Assembly: GCA_016933575.1 (NCBI GenBank)
Contig: JAFGAR010000028.1
Coordinates: 160,001 to 224,000 of the forward strand
Source: Candidatus Thorarchaeota archaeon
GTDB taxonomy: Archaea > Asgardarchaeota > Thorarchaeia > Thorarchaeales > Thorarchaeaceae
Direction: 5' to 3'
DNA length: 64,000 nucleotides
Under the pieces are notes generated by a model that saw only the letters and a list, made by a program, of their open reading frames with translations, made no database searches and was not told the origin of the DNA. Positions 31,351 through 40,812 of this stretch are shown here, in pieces (positions within the stretch are counted from its first letter, which is position 1; each line of letters starts with the position of its first letter). The translations under genes were made by a program, and so were the position numbers.

Positions 31351-31767
31351 GTGAAGCCTAACAATATCCTTGTGGCTGCATTTCTACTAGTCATCATCGG
31401 GGTAGCACTTGCCGCTGTATATTTTGACGACTTTCAGGGAGTTGTCCCGGGTAGTATAGATACGAACGCTACATTTTCAGGCAATATACAATATGAGGGT
31501 GAAACAAGATGTCACTCTATCCGAGTCCAAGAAAATGCTACGAGAATTCATTGTATCTTGACTTGTGGTGGAAGTGATTTTGATCTTTACGGTAGACTAA
31601 GTGTGACTCCTACAACCTTTGAGTATGATTTTCGGGGTTATGAGAGCGGCGGGGAGGATCTCTATTATGATGAACCAGCAGAGGGCATCTGGCACCTTAT
31701 GGTCAGGTCATATTCCGGAATTGGTCATTACGACTTGATGATAGAAATCGAATATAGCTCATTATAG
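31351..31767 (+). CDS. Membrane-anchored PPC (pre-peptidase C-terminal) domain protein
   Basis: N-terminal TM; DFDLY..P....YD.R....GGE......P..G.WH.MVRSYSG.G.Y; GTG 31351 behind GGAGG. Confidence 0.7.
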   Translation: MKPNNILVAAFLLVIIGVALAAVYFDDFQGVVPGSIDTNATFSGNIQYEGETRCHSIRVQENATRIHCILTCGGSDFDLYGRLSVTPTTFEYDFRGYESGGEDLYYDEPAEGIWHLMVRSYSGIGHYDLMIEIEYSSL

Positions 31768-31840
31768 AACAATTCGTTCACGAAAGGCAAACTTTATGCA
31801 ATGTTCAGAAGTTGTGCTGTTACCAAGGAGTAAGAGTTTC

Positions 31841-32923
31841 TTGAATTATCACCTCATATTGACAAGAAGATGTAACCTGAACTGTGCCTATTGTCATGGA
31901 GGAGAAGAGACAGGTCCAGATACCGAGATTAGTTATTCTCTTGATGAACTCATTGCCTTTCTGAAGAAGGATCAAGATATCCAATTGATGCTTTATGGAG
32001 GTGAACCAACACTTCGTATTCCACTTATTGTAGAGCTAATGGATACCTTTCCGAATGCACGATTTATGCTTCAGACAAATGCACTCCTCATGAATAATAT
32101 CCCTAGAGAATATGTAAACAGGTTCCACTCGATACTTGTTTCAATTGACGGACCTGAAAATGTGACTGATGGATACAGATCCAAGGGAGTATACAAACGA
32201 GTTCTTGAAAATGTAAGATGGTTGAGACGGTATAATTTTGCGGGGGATATTGTTGCCCGGATGGCAGTTTCGCAAGAGTCTGATATTTACAGAGATGTTC
32301 GTCATCTATTAGAGCTAGGAGACCCATCGTTTGACCACGTCCATTGGCAATTGAATGCTATCTGGGCGGCTGATGAAAACTGGGTGGATTTTGATGGTTG
32401 GATTGAAAAATCATACAATCCAGGAATTACCAGATTAGTAACTGAATGGATTGACCGAATGAGTGAGGGAATTGTCGAAGGGATTGTTCCATTCATTCCT
32501 ATTGCTTATTCGCTTCTCACAGGTCAAGGGGCTTCTTTGAGATGCGGTTCGGGAATCGATACATTTGCTATCCATGTTGATGGCACTATTGGTGTCTGTC
32601 CTATTTCTCCGGATTGGGATTTTTCACTTGTTGGAGATATCAGAAAAACAGATCCATCAAACTTACGCAGTATAATGAAGGTAGATGAACCATGTCCCTC
32701 TTGTGATGTATTTGCTATCTGTGGAGGAAGATGTCTTTTTGCAAATAAGGAACGTCTCTGGGGTGACATAGGATTCGAGAGGGTCTGCGGGACAGTCAAA
32801 CACATGATTAACGAAATTAGAGAAAGGATACCTATAATCAGGACGATGATAGATGGAGAAATTATAGCTCTTGAGGATTTTAAATATCCTGAATACAATA
32901 ATGGGTGTGAAATCATCCCTTAA
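31841..32923 (+). CDS. Radical SAM/SPASM protein, AF0577-like (TIGR04084-type) family
   Basis: CNLNCAYC, YGGEP, SIDG, HWQLN, SPASM CGSG..CP..CPSC...ICGGRC..C, C-terminal EIIP; TTG 31841 behind AGGAG (ORF track 31796). Confidence 0.88.
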   Translation: MNYHLILTRRCNLNCAYCHGGEETGPDTEISYSLDELIAFLKKDQDIQLMLYGGEPTLRIPLIVELMDTFPNARFMLQTNALLMNNIPREYVNRFHSILVSIDGPENVTDGYRSKGVYKRVLENVRWLRRYNFAGDIVARMAVSQESDIYRDVRHLLELGDPSFDHVHWQLNAIWAADENWVDFDGWIEKSYNPGITRLVTEWIDRMSEGIVEGIVPFIPIAYSLLTGQGASLRCGSGIDTFAIHVDGTIGVCPISPDWDFSLVGDIRKTDPSNLRSIMKVDEPCPSCDVFAICGGRCLFANKERLWGDIGFERVCGTVKHMINEIRERIPIIRTMIDGEIIALEDFKYPEYNNGCEIIP

Positions 32924-33417
32924 ACATCATCATCTACTTGTTCATCAACAAGTTCCTTCTGCATAACCACAATTTCCTCGCCAAGACGTTCAAGACGCCC
33001 TGTTTCAGTATAGCCAATTCGTTCATAGAATGAAAGCTGCATCTCAACAGCGCCATACACTTCAATCTCAATAACAGTTGCACCCATATGGGACATGCGA
33101 TTCTCTGCGTACTCGACCAACATGGACCCAATTCTTCGTCCTCTGAAACTGCTTCGAACAGCAACTCGGGATATCACTCCTACATGTCCACTCAGTCTTA
33201 CTCGCATAGTACCTACTACATTATCACCGACCAATGCAACATATTGATCACCCATCTGAATGTGGCGTGCAATCTTACCAAGACCTTCTTCAAGAGCAGC
33301 AGGCATTCTAGAGAGCTGTTTCTTGACTGGTTCATAAGCTTCAGTGATTATCTCTTTGATGACGTCGACTTCGCTAAGATTTGCACGACGTATGGTGACT
33401 TCAGCATAGTTGTAAAT
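32920..33417 (-). CDS. GNAT N-acetyltransferase (probable ATT start)
   Basis: VAV..SFRGRRIGS motif A, FYERIGY. In-frame extension upstream of ATG 33306 encodes VTIRRANLSEVDVIKEIITEAY and begins at ATT 33417 behind GGAGG. Confidence 0.8.
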   Translation of the reverse strand: MYNYAEVTIRRANLSEVDVIKEIITEAYEPVKKQLSRMPAALEEGLGKIARHIQMGDQYVALVGDNVVGTMRVRLSGHVGVISRVAVRSSFRGRRIGSMLVEYAENRMSHMGATVIEIEVYGAVEMQLSFYERIGYTETGRLERLGEEIVVMQKELVDEQVDDDV

Positions 33418-33544
33418 TGGAGATTCCTCCTAATAGATGCAATTCTATTAATTGCAGTTATTAATCATAAATTATTTGGAGCCGGAACAATTTTCTTATT
33501 CTGGTCTCAAGATTGAGCTAGAGATTGTATGGAGTGACTATGTT

Positions 33545-34030
33545 ATGACTATTACGATTAGACCAACACAAGAAGAAGATTGCGATTGGGTGACAGGAAT
33601 ATTGATTGACAACTGGGCTTCCAATATTGTAGTAACTAGGGGAATAAGCTACGAGGCTGATCGACTTCCTGGTCTAATCGCTGAAATTGGTGGCAAACCT
33701 GTTGGACTCCTCACGTACAGTATAAAGAAGAGTGAACTAGAAATCATTACGATGAACGCTCTCGAAAAGGGAAAGGGCGTAGGTACAGCCCTAATTGATG
33801 AGGTGGAGAAAATTGCCAAGCGGAATGAATGCCATCGAATCTGGTTAATCACTACCAATGACAATATTGACGCAATTAGATTCTACCAACGAAGGGGATT
33901 TGAAATTGCGAAGGTTCACAGATATGCCATTGAAGAATCCCGAAAATTGAAACCTCAACTGCCATCCGTTGGAAAATATGGGATTCCTATTCGAGATGAG
34001 ATTGAAATGGAAAGAAATCTCGAAGAGTGA
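33545..34030 (+). CDS. GNAT N-acetyltransferase
   Basis: MTITIRP, KGKGVGTALI, LITTNDN..A.RFYQRRGF, GIPIRDEIE. Confidence 0.88.
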   Translation: MTITIRPTQEEDCDWVTGILIDNWASNIVVTRGISYEADRLPGLIAEIGGKPVGLLTYSIKKSELEIITMNALEKGKGVGTALIDEVEKIAKRNECHRIWLITTNDNIDAIRFYQRRGFEIAKVHRYAIEESRKLKPQLPSVGKYGIPIRDEIEMERNLEE

Positions 34031-34083
34031 AGAAACGTACGTTTAAATTCCTCAAAGTCAAACGAGTGAGAGGAGGCCTTCTA

Positions 34084-34230
34084 ATGGCTGATGAAGAAAA
34101 AGATGATGTTGTCGAATCACAAAAACTCAGTAAGAAAGATAGAAGAGAGATTGAGGAAGGTGCATGTGTGAACTGTGCCTTAGCAAGTTTTATTGTGACG
34201 ATCTTGATGATGCTTGCAATGGTTCTGTAG
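34084..34230 (+). CDS. Small protein (48 aa): acidic N-terminus, CxxC, C-terminal hydrophobic helix
   Basis: AGGAGG 7 nt before ATG 34084; upstream TTTAAA box. Confidence 0.6.
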   Translation: MADEEKDDVVESQKLSKKDRREIEEGACVNCALASFIVTILMMLAMVL

Positions 34231-34241
34231 ATGGTTGAAAA

Positions 34242-34607
34242 ATGACATTTCTCATAGACCCCTTCCTTCTGATGGGATTCTCAATCATTTCATGTTGGAT
34301 AGAAAAGCGATTGAAAAATAAGACACAGAAACCAATAGGAACAATACTAGCAATATTTAGCCTCTGTGTCATCATTTTCACAAGTACATCACTATATCTC
34401 AACCTATGGTATATGGATTGGTTCTGGCTACCTTTCTCTCCGGTTATTACTTCTGGGAGAGACCTAATGATCAATTCGGGTCTCTTTACTTTTGAATCAG
34501 TTAATACAGCAGGACTGATTGATACTCTAGCAGCAATGCAAATCATTCTTTATCCGCTATGGACATACTTAGGTTTGAGAATTTGGAGAACTAGATACAG
34601 AGAATAA
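34242..34607 (+). CDS. Hypothetical membrane protein
   Basis: Three hydrophobic segments, SGRDLMINSG loop; 11 nt downstream of the small ORF. Confidence 0.65.
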   Translation: MTFLIDPFLLMGFSIISCWIEKRLKNKTQKPIGTILAIFSLCVIIFTSTSLYLNLWYMDWFWLPFSPVITSGRDLMINSGLFTFESVNTAGLIDTLAAMQIILYPLWTYLGLRIWRTRYRE

Positions 34608-34615
34608 AAGATTAG

Positions 34616-34650
34616 AAAAAAAGAGAAGAGAGAGGGTCGTATGGACCCTC
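34616..34650 (-). terminator. Hairpin + U-tract terminator of the 34662-36062 gene
   Basis: GAGGGTC-N5-GACCCTC stem followed on the minus strand by a pyrimidine run ending in T7. Confidence 0.6.
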
Positions 34651-34661
34651 AATAGTATATT

Positions 34662-36062
34662 CTAATCCTCGTCCTCTTCATCTTCACCAAAACGCTTTGC
34701 TTTGCCTAAGCGTCTGCTTTTATCAATTGTAAGACGGTCTGAATCAGGGGCAGAGAGATCGTGTCCAGGTCGACCCTTCTCGATTCCCTCAGCTCGTTCG
34801 CTTGGCCAGGTCTTACCGGGTTCTGGAACTTTCTTGGAAATATCCTCATCAACTTCATCAGGTGTTAAGACCTTGCCTTCTGCCTTCGCTCTTTCAATAA
34901 TGCGTTCAGTTCGCTCATGAGTCAGATAATAAAGAGCTGTGAAGATTGCTGTAAGTGGGAAGGCAATTAATTTCGCAACGTCCCGGAATAGAAACAAGAC
35001 AAATGGGTCTGCGAGAATACCAGTCTGGAACCAACCACCAATTAGGGTGCCAGGTACTGCTGATACACTGATGATACTGTCAACAAAGAAGAATCCACTG
35101 GCTAGGAAGAATGTCAATAATGGACCAAAGTCACCAGTTCTTGCTCTAGATTCTTCAACTGAGTCAGTTACAGTTCTACCAATGCCACTCATTGCATAAG
35201 CTAAGAAGAACAAGGTCATGAAGATATCAACAGGACCGAGTCCAGACACTGCGGTTCTGCGCATTACATTGAATAGAAAATATCCTGCATAGATAGATAT
35301 GAAGATAGTTAGAATCGCAATGTTTAGGGCAGCTCCTCTACCAGAGTATCTGAGGAATGCTAATAGCATAACTACAGCAAATAAGCCCATTGCGGCATAA
35401 GCAATAAGCAGTGTTGTTGCCTGCAATTGAAGATTAGTAATTGCTTGACCAAGCATTGGTAGTCCTTGAACAATGGTTCCAATCCCTGCAATATCATAAG
35501 GAATTAGCCAGACTGCGGCTAAAGCTTCAACCGCGATGATTCCAACACCTATTAGCAATATAATGAAACTCCCAATCCCAAGCAGTACTCCTCCTTTCTT
35601 TGGTTCAGCAAGAGTTGCGACTCTGAGACTAGTCCGAGTAGACAGATATGCTTGGAACGCAATCCACCCAACCCAACAAAGCATAGCGAAGAAGAGAAGT
35701 GGAGCGGGACCTGCGAGAATTGATAAAAAGACAGAGATAGCAAAAGAAACTACCATCCAACTTAATCCTTTCATTTCTGTGACTCTACCACGTCCTCGGC
35801 GAGTTATCCAAAGCTTATCCAACTTCAAACCAATCAAGAAGCTTCCGAGTCCAAAATAGATTGTACCTGTGGAGCCGATATATGCGAAGAAATAGACTAA
35901 TGCCAATTCAAAATCGGTGCCAACAGTTATTGTCATCAACCACGAAACAAAAAGTGCAAGAAACGTGGTGGCTACGAACACAATAGTATAAGCAAGGTAT
36001 CTTCGAGTTCGAAAGAACACGCCGAGACCACTGATAATTCCTGAGAGAATAGGTATTTGCAA
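34662..36062 (-). CDS. Polytopic membrane protein (about 10-11 TM) with charged C-tail
   Basis: TTG start behind GGGAGG; many hydrophobic helices; no family recognised. Confidence 0.75.
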   Translation of the reverse strand: MQIPILSGIISGLGVFFRTRRYLAYTIVFVATTFLALFVSWLMTITVGTDFELALVYFFAYIGSTGTIYFGLGSFLIGLKLDKLWITRRGRGRVTEMKGLSWMVVSFAISVFLSILAGPAPLLFFAMLCWVGWIAFQAYLSTRTSLRVATLAEPKKGGVLLGIGSFIILLIGVGIIAVEALAAVWLIPYDIAGIGTIVQGLPMLGQAITNLQLQATTLLIAYAAMGLFAVVMLLAFLRYSGRGAALNIAILTIFISIYAGYFLFNVMRRTAVSGLGPVDIFMTLFFLAYAMSGIGRTVTDSVEESRARTGDFGPLLTFFLASGFFFVDSIISVSAVPGTLIGGWFQTGILADPFVLFLFRDVAKLIAFPLTAIFTALYYLTHERTERIIERAKAEGKVLTPDEVDEDISKKVPEPGKTWPSERAEGIEKGRPGHDLSAPDSDRLTIDKSRRLGKAKRFGEDEEDED

Positions 36063-36201
36063 TACAGCAACCTCCCTTGTTAGTTCTCGTAAGTAGCTGG
36101 AAGGATTTAAGCCTTCGGAGAATATAGTTTCTATTTCTCTGGTGAAAGATAATAAGGTAATATTTCTATCAATAATAGCCTCATAGGGAGTTGAGCACCC
36201 A

Positions 36202-39200
36202 ATGGCTATACGAGTTCTGATGGTCGATGATGATACTGTTCATCTAGAATTGAGTGAACGATTTCTGAAGCGACAAAGTCCAGATTACGAGATTGTTTCT
36301 GTTGAAACTTCAGATGATGCAATAAGACTTCTTGAAGAAAATGGTTTTGATGCGGCTGTCTGTGATATTGATCTCGCGGAGCAGACCAAGACGGGTCTAA
36401 ATATTCTAGAACATGTTAGAAGTAGGAGTGATGATATTCCTTTCATTATCTTTACTGGAAAGAGCAGAGAGGAGTTTGCTATCCAAGCGCTCAACCTTGG
36501 GGCGGACTACTATATTCGAAAGAGCTCAACAAATATCGAGGGACTCTATGCAGAACTCTCCTATTACATCCTTACTGCGGTTGCAAAACGGCGGACAGAA
36601 CGAGCTCTGAGAGATTCAGAACAAAAATTACGCGAGAGTGAAGCAAGGCTTGCAGAAGCTCAACGTATCTCACACTCAGGTAGTTGGGTATGGAATATTG
36701 TAGAGAATAAGGAAATTTGGTCCGATGAGATCTACCGAATCTTTGGACTAGCTCCACAGGAATTCCTTGCGACATATGAAGCATTCTTGGAATCAGTACA
36801 CCCTGAAGATAGAGAACTGGTGAAGAATTCAGTAGAAGCAGCCATCAAAAATCAAGAACCCTATAGTATAGACCATAGAATAGTTAGACCAGATGGTGCA
36901 ATAAGACATGTGCATGAAGAGGGGGAGGTTACCTTTGATGCAGATGGTACAGCTGTCAGAATGATGGGAACGGTACAAGACACTACAGATCGGATCATAA
37001 TTGAAGAACTCCTCCGTGAAGAAAGAGACCGGGCTCGAAAATATCTGCAATTGACGAATACGATGATAGTGGCTCTTGATACGTCATTCAATGTGACTAT
37101 GATTAACCGAAAAGGCTGTGAAATTTTAGAATATACAGAGGAAGAGATTCTTGGTAAGAATTGGATTCAATTCTTTCTACCAGAGAGTGGACGAAATGAG
37201 GCAGAAGAGTATCTCAAGTCCCTGCTTGATTCAAATGGAAATATTGGACCGTGTTGTAGTTTCAAGATACTCACACGAACAGGAACAGAAAAAACAATCC
37301 TATGTCATGACACGGTTCTTTTTGATGATGAAGGAGATATATCCTCAATTCTCTGTTCAGCTCAGCTGATTCCTGAAACAGGAAACATCGACCAACCAGA
37401 GATTACACTCATAACTCAATCATTGCGAGCTAGAGAGGAATGGTGGCAAGGAGTATTTGATCACGCCCCAGGTGCTATTGGAATATTCAATTCAGAGGGC
37501 CTATTGATTGATGCAAATAAAGCAGCAGTAGAGATGCTTGGCGTAAAGAATCGAGAAACACTTCTCGGTCTAAGTCTCTTCAGGGATTCCAACTTGCCTA
37601 AGCACGTCCTTGAGAGTGTACAACGAGGAGAGGTTCATAGATTCGACTATAAATGGGACTTTGGATATGTGTCAAGAAGAGGAATCCTTCCAACAACAAG
37701 GACTGAAGTCATCTATATGGATGTCGTTCTGTCACCACTTCAGGATACTAATGGACAATCAAGAGGCTATGTCCTTCATGCAACCGATATGACACATCGT
37801 CGGCGTACAGAACAAGCACTGAAAGCAAATGAAGAAATGTTCCGGACAATATTTGATGAATCACCAATCTGTATCGAATTGTTCGACTCGGATGGTATAC
37901 AAATAGGAGCGAATAAAGCAAGCCTAGAACTCTTTGGTCAGGAGAGTATAGAAGATTCAATTGGCTTTGATCTATTTGGAGATCCCAACACACCAGATTT
38001 TGTTAAGGAACACCTTCGAAAAGGTGCTGCAGTGAAAGCACAGACTCGTTTTGATTTTTCGAAAGTTCATTTACATGACCTATACAAGACAAAGAAGACT
38101 GGGATTCTTCATCTCGACGCAGTTTTTTCCCCGCTTCATTATGGCTCAGAAGAGGGATTACAAGGATATATCATCCATATTCAGGATATTACAGATCGAC
38201 ATCTTGCAGAGCAAGCCTTGATGGAGAGCAGGGAGAGTTACAAGGAGTTATACAATAATGCACTAATTGGTCTATTTCGTGTTAGAATCTCAGATAGCAT
38301 GATTCTGGAGTGTAATGAATACTTTGCCAAAATCTTCAGTCATGATGACAGACAGTCGATTATTGACGGTATGAGCTTTTTCAAAGATTTCCTATTACGT
38401 CCTTCATTATGGAATGAACTCAAAGAAACTTTGAAGAAACAAGAGCGCGTTATCACAGAGCTTCAAGTGACTTCGAAAGATAGCAAAAAACTCTGGATGA
38501 GGTTCTCATTACGCATAGCGACTGAAAAGGGACATATCGAAGGTGTGATGTCAGATATCACACAACAAAAACTTGCACTTGAGATGCTTCGAAACCAAAA
38601 AGAGGAACTTAGTGAATTTGCGCATTCGATGAGTCACGATCTTAAGAATATCTTACACAACATGCAGGGTTTTCTAGAACTAGCTGAGGACGAGAATAAT
38701 CTAACTCACTTGAAGAGACTTCACAGTCTCATCAATGACACTATTGATCTGTTGAATCATTCAGTTCTTCTTGCAGATGCGGGACTTGTTGTAGAAGAAG
38801 ACCTAACGGACGTTAATCTTGATGTTCTTGTTAGAGATGTTGCGGAATCGATCATTCCAGACACTATTGGCTATAACCAGGACAGTCTACCAGTCGTCAA
38901 GGCTGATGTAACAAAAGTGAGTCAAATCTTCAGAAACCTATTCGATAATGCTGTGAAACATGGAAAACCGAGGACCATTGAAGTCAGAAGTTACATTCGA
39001 GAAGGTAACATCTGTGTTGCGGTTTCAAATGATGGAAAAGACATATCCGATGAAATTCGACCGAAATTATTCTCAAGGGGATTCACAACTAGCAAGACAG
39101 GTCAAGGGTTTGGATTATCTATCGTAAAACGTATTGCTGAGGCGCATAAATGGACCATTCATCTTGTTGACACTAAAAAGACGACTTTTGAGCTACGTAT

Positions 39201-39225
39201 GCCTATCAATAATTCAGGAATGTAG
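36202..39225 (+). CDS. Cytoplasmic hybrid histidine kinase (REC - about 5 PAS - HisKA - HATPase)
   Basis: VLMVDDD, VCD, FTGK, GADYYI.K; repeated PAS/PAC; SHDLKN, NLFDNAVKHG, NDG, GQGFGL. Confidence 0.92.
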   Translation: MAIRVLMVDDDTVHLELSERFLKRQSPDYEIVSVETSDDAIRLLEENGFDAAVCDIDLAEQTKTGLNILEHVRSRSDDIPFIIFTGKSREEFAIQALNLGADYYIRKSSTNIEGLYAELSYYILTAVAKRRTERALRDSEQKLRESEARLAEAQRISHSGSWVWNIVENKEIWSDEIYRIFGLAPQEFLATYEAFLESVHPEDRELVKNSVEAAIKNQEPYSIDHRIVRPDGAIRHVHEEGEVTFDADGTAVRMMGTVQDTTDRIIIEELLREERDRARKYLQLTNTMIVALDTSFNVTMINRKGCEILEYTEEEILGKNWIQFFLPESGRNEAEEYLKSLLDSNGNIGPCCSFKILTRTGTEKTILCHDTVLFDDEGDISSILCSAQLIPETGNIDQPEITLITQSLRAREEWWQGVFDHAPGAIGIFNSEGLLIDANKAAVEMLGVKNRETLLGLSLFRDSNLPKHVLESVQRGEVHRFDYKWDFGYVSRRGILPTTRTEVIYMDVVLSPLQDTNGQSRGYVLHATDMTHRRRTEQALKANEEMFRTIFDESPICIELFDSDGIQIGANKASLELFGQESIEDSIGFDLFGDPNTPDFVKEHLRKGAAVKAQTRFDFSKVHLHDLYKTKKTGILHLDAVFSPLHYGSEEGLQGYIIHIQDITDRHLAEQALMESRESYKELYNNALIGLFRVRISDSMILECNEYFAKIFSHDDRQSIIDGMSFFKDFLLRPSLWNELKETLKKQERVITELQVTSKDSKKLWMRFSLRIATEKGHIEGVMSDITQQKLALEMLRNQKEELSEFAHSMSHDLKNILHNMQGFLELAEDENNLTHLKRLHSLINDTIDLLNHSVLLADAGLVVEEDLTDVNLDVLVRDVAESIIPDTIGYNQDSLPVVKADVTKVSQIFRNLFDNAVKHGKPRTIEVRSYIREGNICVAVSNDGKDISDEIRPKLFSRGFTTSKTGQGFGLSIVKRIAEAHKWTIHLVDTKKTTFELRMPINNSGM

Positions 39226-39304
39226 CTGGGAGCGAAAAAAGAAGAACCATTCACTCGGATACACAATACAACATCCTTAATAGGTTAAAATGGAAAACAA
39301 CAAT

Positions 39305-39430
39305 TGTGGTCAGTGGAATGGTAGGGCTTCGTTTTGTAACATGCCCTCATTACATAACTCCCCCCCCTCCAGTGATGTGGAATGCCCATATCGCGGGGAA
39401 TACCACATAGCTCTACTGTCCCTGGCCACA
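39305..39430 (+). ncRNA. Candidate structured ncRNA (~126 nt; long basal stem, two hairpins, C-rich linker)
   Basis: 39305-39328 pairs with 39409-39430 (22 bp, two 1-nt bulges, G-U pairs only on +); inner GTTTTGTAA/TTACATAAC and ATGTGG/CCACAT; TTAATA ~25 nt upstream. Confidence 0.55.
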
Positions 39431-39527
39431 CCTATTCTCAGAATTGATTCCAGTCGCGAAGATGTTATATCTTCCAATTATCTTGGAAAACATTGAATTA
39501 CTAAAAATGCATTCAAAGGTTGGAAAC

Positions 39528-40172
39528 TTGAAGAAAGCCACAATCATTCTCATTATGTTAGTTATCATTGGTGGTTTTGCAGTCGTTCTATATCAAATGC
39601 ATGAAATCAATGAAAATACCTTTGATACAGGAGGACGTTATGATCCAAGTGTCCTAGACTACATGGGAGTGATTTATGCCAACAGGTCTGACATCGAGGG
39701 TTTCAATGAAGGATACAGCGGATCTACTGCATGCCCATGGGGATTCGTCCACAATGGGATTGATTATTTCTACTTCAACAACTCTGATGTCATTGCAGCA
39801 GCACCGGGATTGGTTGAAAAGATAGAATTACATGATTGGGGATTAGAAGCACAGCATCGTTATACTATTAGTGTAGAAATCAGGTTCAATGCCTCTGTGA
39901 ACCTACTGTACAATTTTGAACCTTGGACAAACTCTACAGACGAGCAGGCCCAACAAGTAGAGATGTTCAATATCGAAGTTGGGAGCTGGGTAACTAAGGG
40001 TGATGTTATAGCAAAATTTCTCCATGCAGGAGAAGGAGCGCACATTCATTTTGGAATTTACCAAGATGGCGAGGCGAGAGATCCAACTTTGTACCTATCA
40101 ACTGATGGATACAATGAACTCTTAGAAATGATCCATGATTTCCATCCGACATGGGAGATTAGTTATCCATAA
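39528..40172 (+). CDS. Membrane-anchored M23 (LytM-like) metallopeptidase-family protein
   Basis: N-terminal TM; HNGID (HxxxD), VIAAAPG.V, G..V.KGD.I, HIHFGI (HxH), DP..YL; TTG 39528 preferred (ORF track 39444). Confidence 0.75.
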   Translation: MKKATIILIMLVIIGGFAVVLYQMHEINENTFDTGGRYDPSVLDYMGVIYANRSDIEGFNEGYSGSTACPWGFVHNGIDYFYFNNSDVIAAAPGLVEKIELHDWGLEAQHRYTISVEIRFNASVNLLYNFEPWTNSTDEQAQQVEMFNIEVGSWVTKGDVIAKFLHAGEGAHIHFGIYQDGEARDPTLYLSTDGYNELLEMIHDFHPTWEISYP

Positions 40173-40294
40173 TCAGATTCATATTTTCATGATCAGGAAT
40201 TTTGATGGAATGTGCTATCACTGACCATACCTTTGAGCATTTCCCCTCTTTTGCTTAGTTCTAAATCTTATAATTTGGAATTCCAAGTCCTTTC

Positions 40295-40744
40295 TTGATA
40301 AAAATGGAAAGTAGATCTTTGTTCAATTACAGAATCAGGATTATCATAATTATCATCAGTATGATCATTGTCTTCATTTTGCCCTATGGGTACCATGTCG
40401 ACCTTGGTCCAGGGCCTAATGGATTCATGTCAATCACATGGGAATGTCCTGAAACGGAAAGCAGTCCGATTCCATTTTCTGCCCTTGAGTATTTCATCTA
40501 CTACCTCTACCGTCTTGTAGTATTAAATGCAATTTTGAAATTCTCACACGGACAGATGAACATGAAAAGGCTCATTCAGCATGGAATTGTTGGAGAGATT
40601 ATTCCAATACTCATTTCTATTCCTGGCATTTTGTTTCTCAATGAAGAAGGAGAGAACTATATTCCAATTATGATTCCAATACCATTTCTGTTGTTATTTA
40701 CCCTATTGTTGGCACTGTACAAATACAAGGTTAGAAATTATTGA
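40295..40744 (+). CDS. Hypothetical membrane protein
   Basis: Four hydrophobic segments; CTTATAA box upstream. Confidence 0.65.
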   Translation: MIKMESRSLFNYRIRIIIIIISMIIVFILPYGYHVDLGPGPNGFMSITWECPETESSPIPFSALEYFIYYLYRLVVLNAILKFSHGQMNMKRLIQHGIVGEIIPILISIPGILFLNEEGENYIPIMIPIPFLLLFTLLLALYKYKVRNY

Positions 40745-40812
40745 TAATCCTGCAGGAATAAACCAAATCTCATGTAGCTTTAATCGAGAGATCTTTCAAT
40801 AGAAACCAAAGG

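Noticed and set aside
36202-39225. REC-multiPAS kinase as a novelty
   Set aside because: Common archaeal architecture; the similarity between PAS3 and PAS4 is an ordinary internal duplication
39290-39496. 68-aa ORF overlapping RNA candidate 1
   Set aside because: No SD and atypical composition; the base-pairing pattern explains the sequence better
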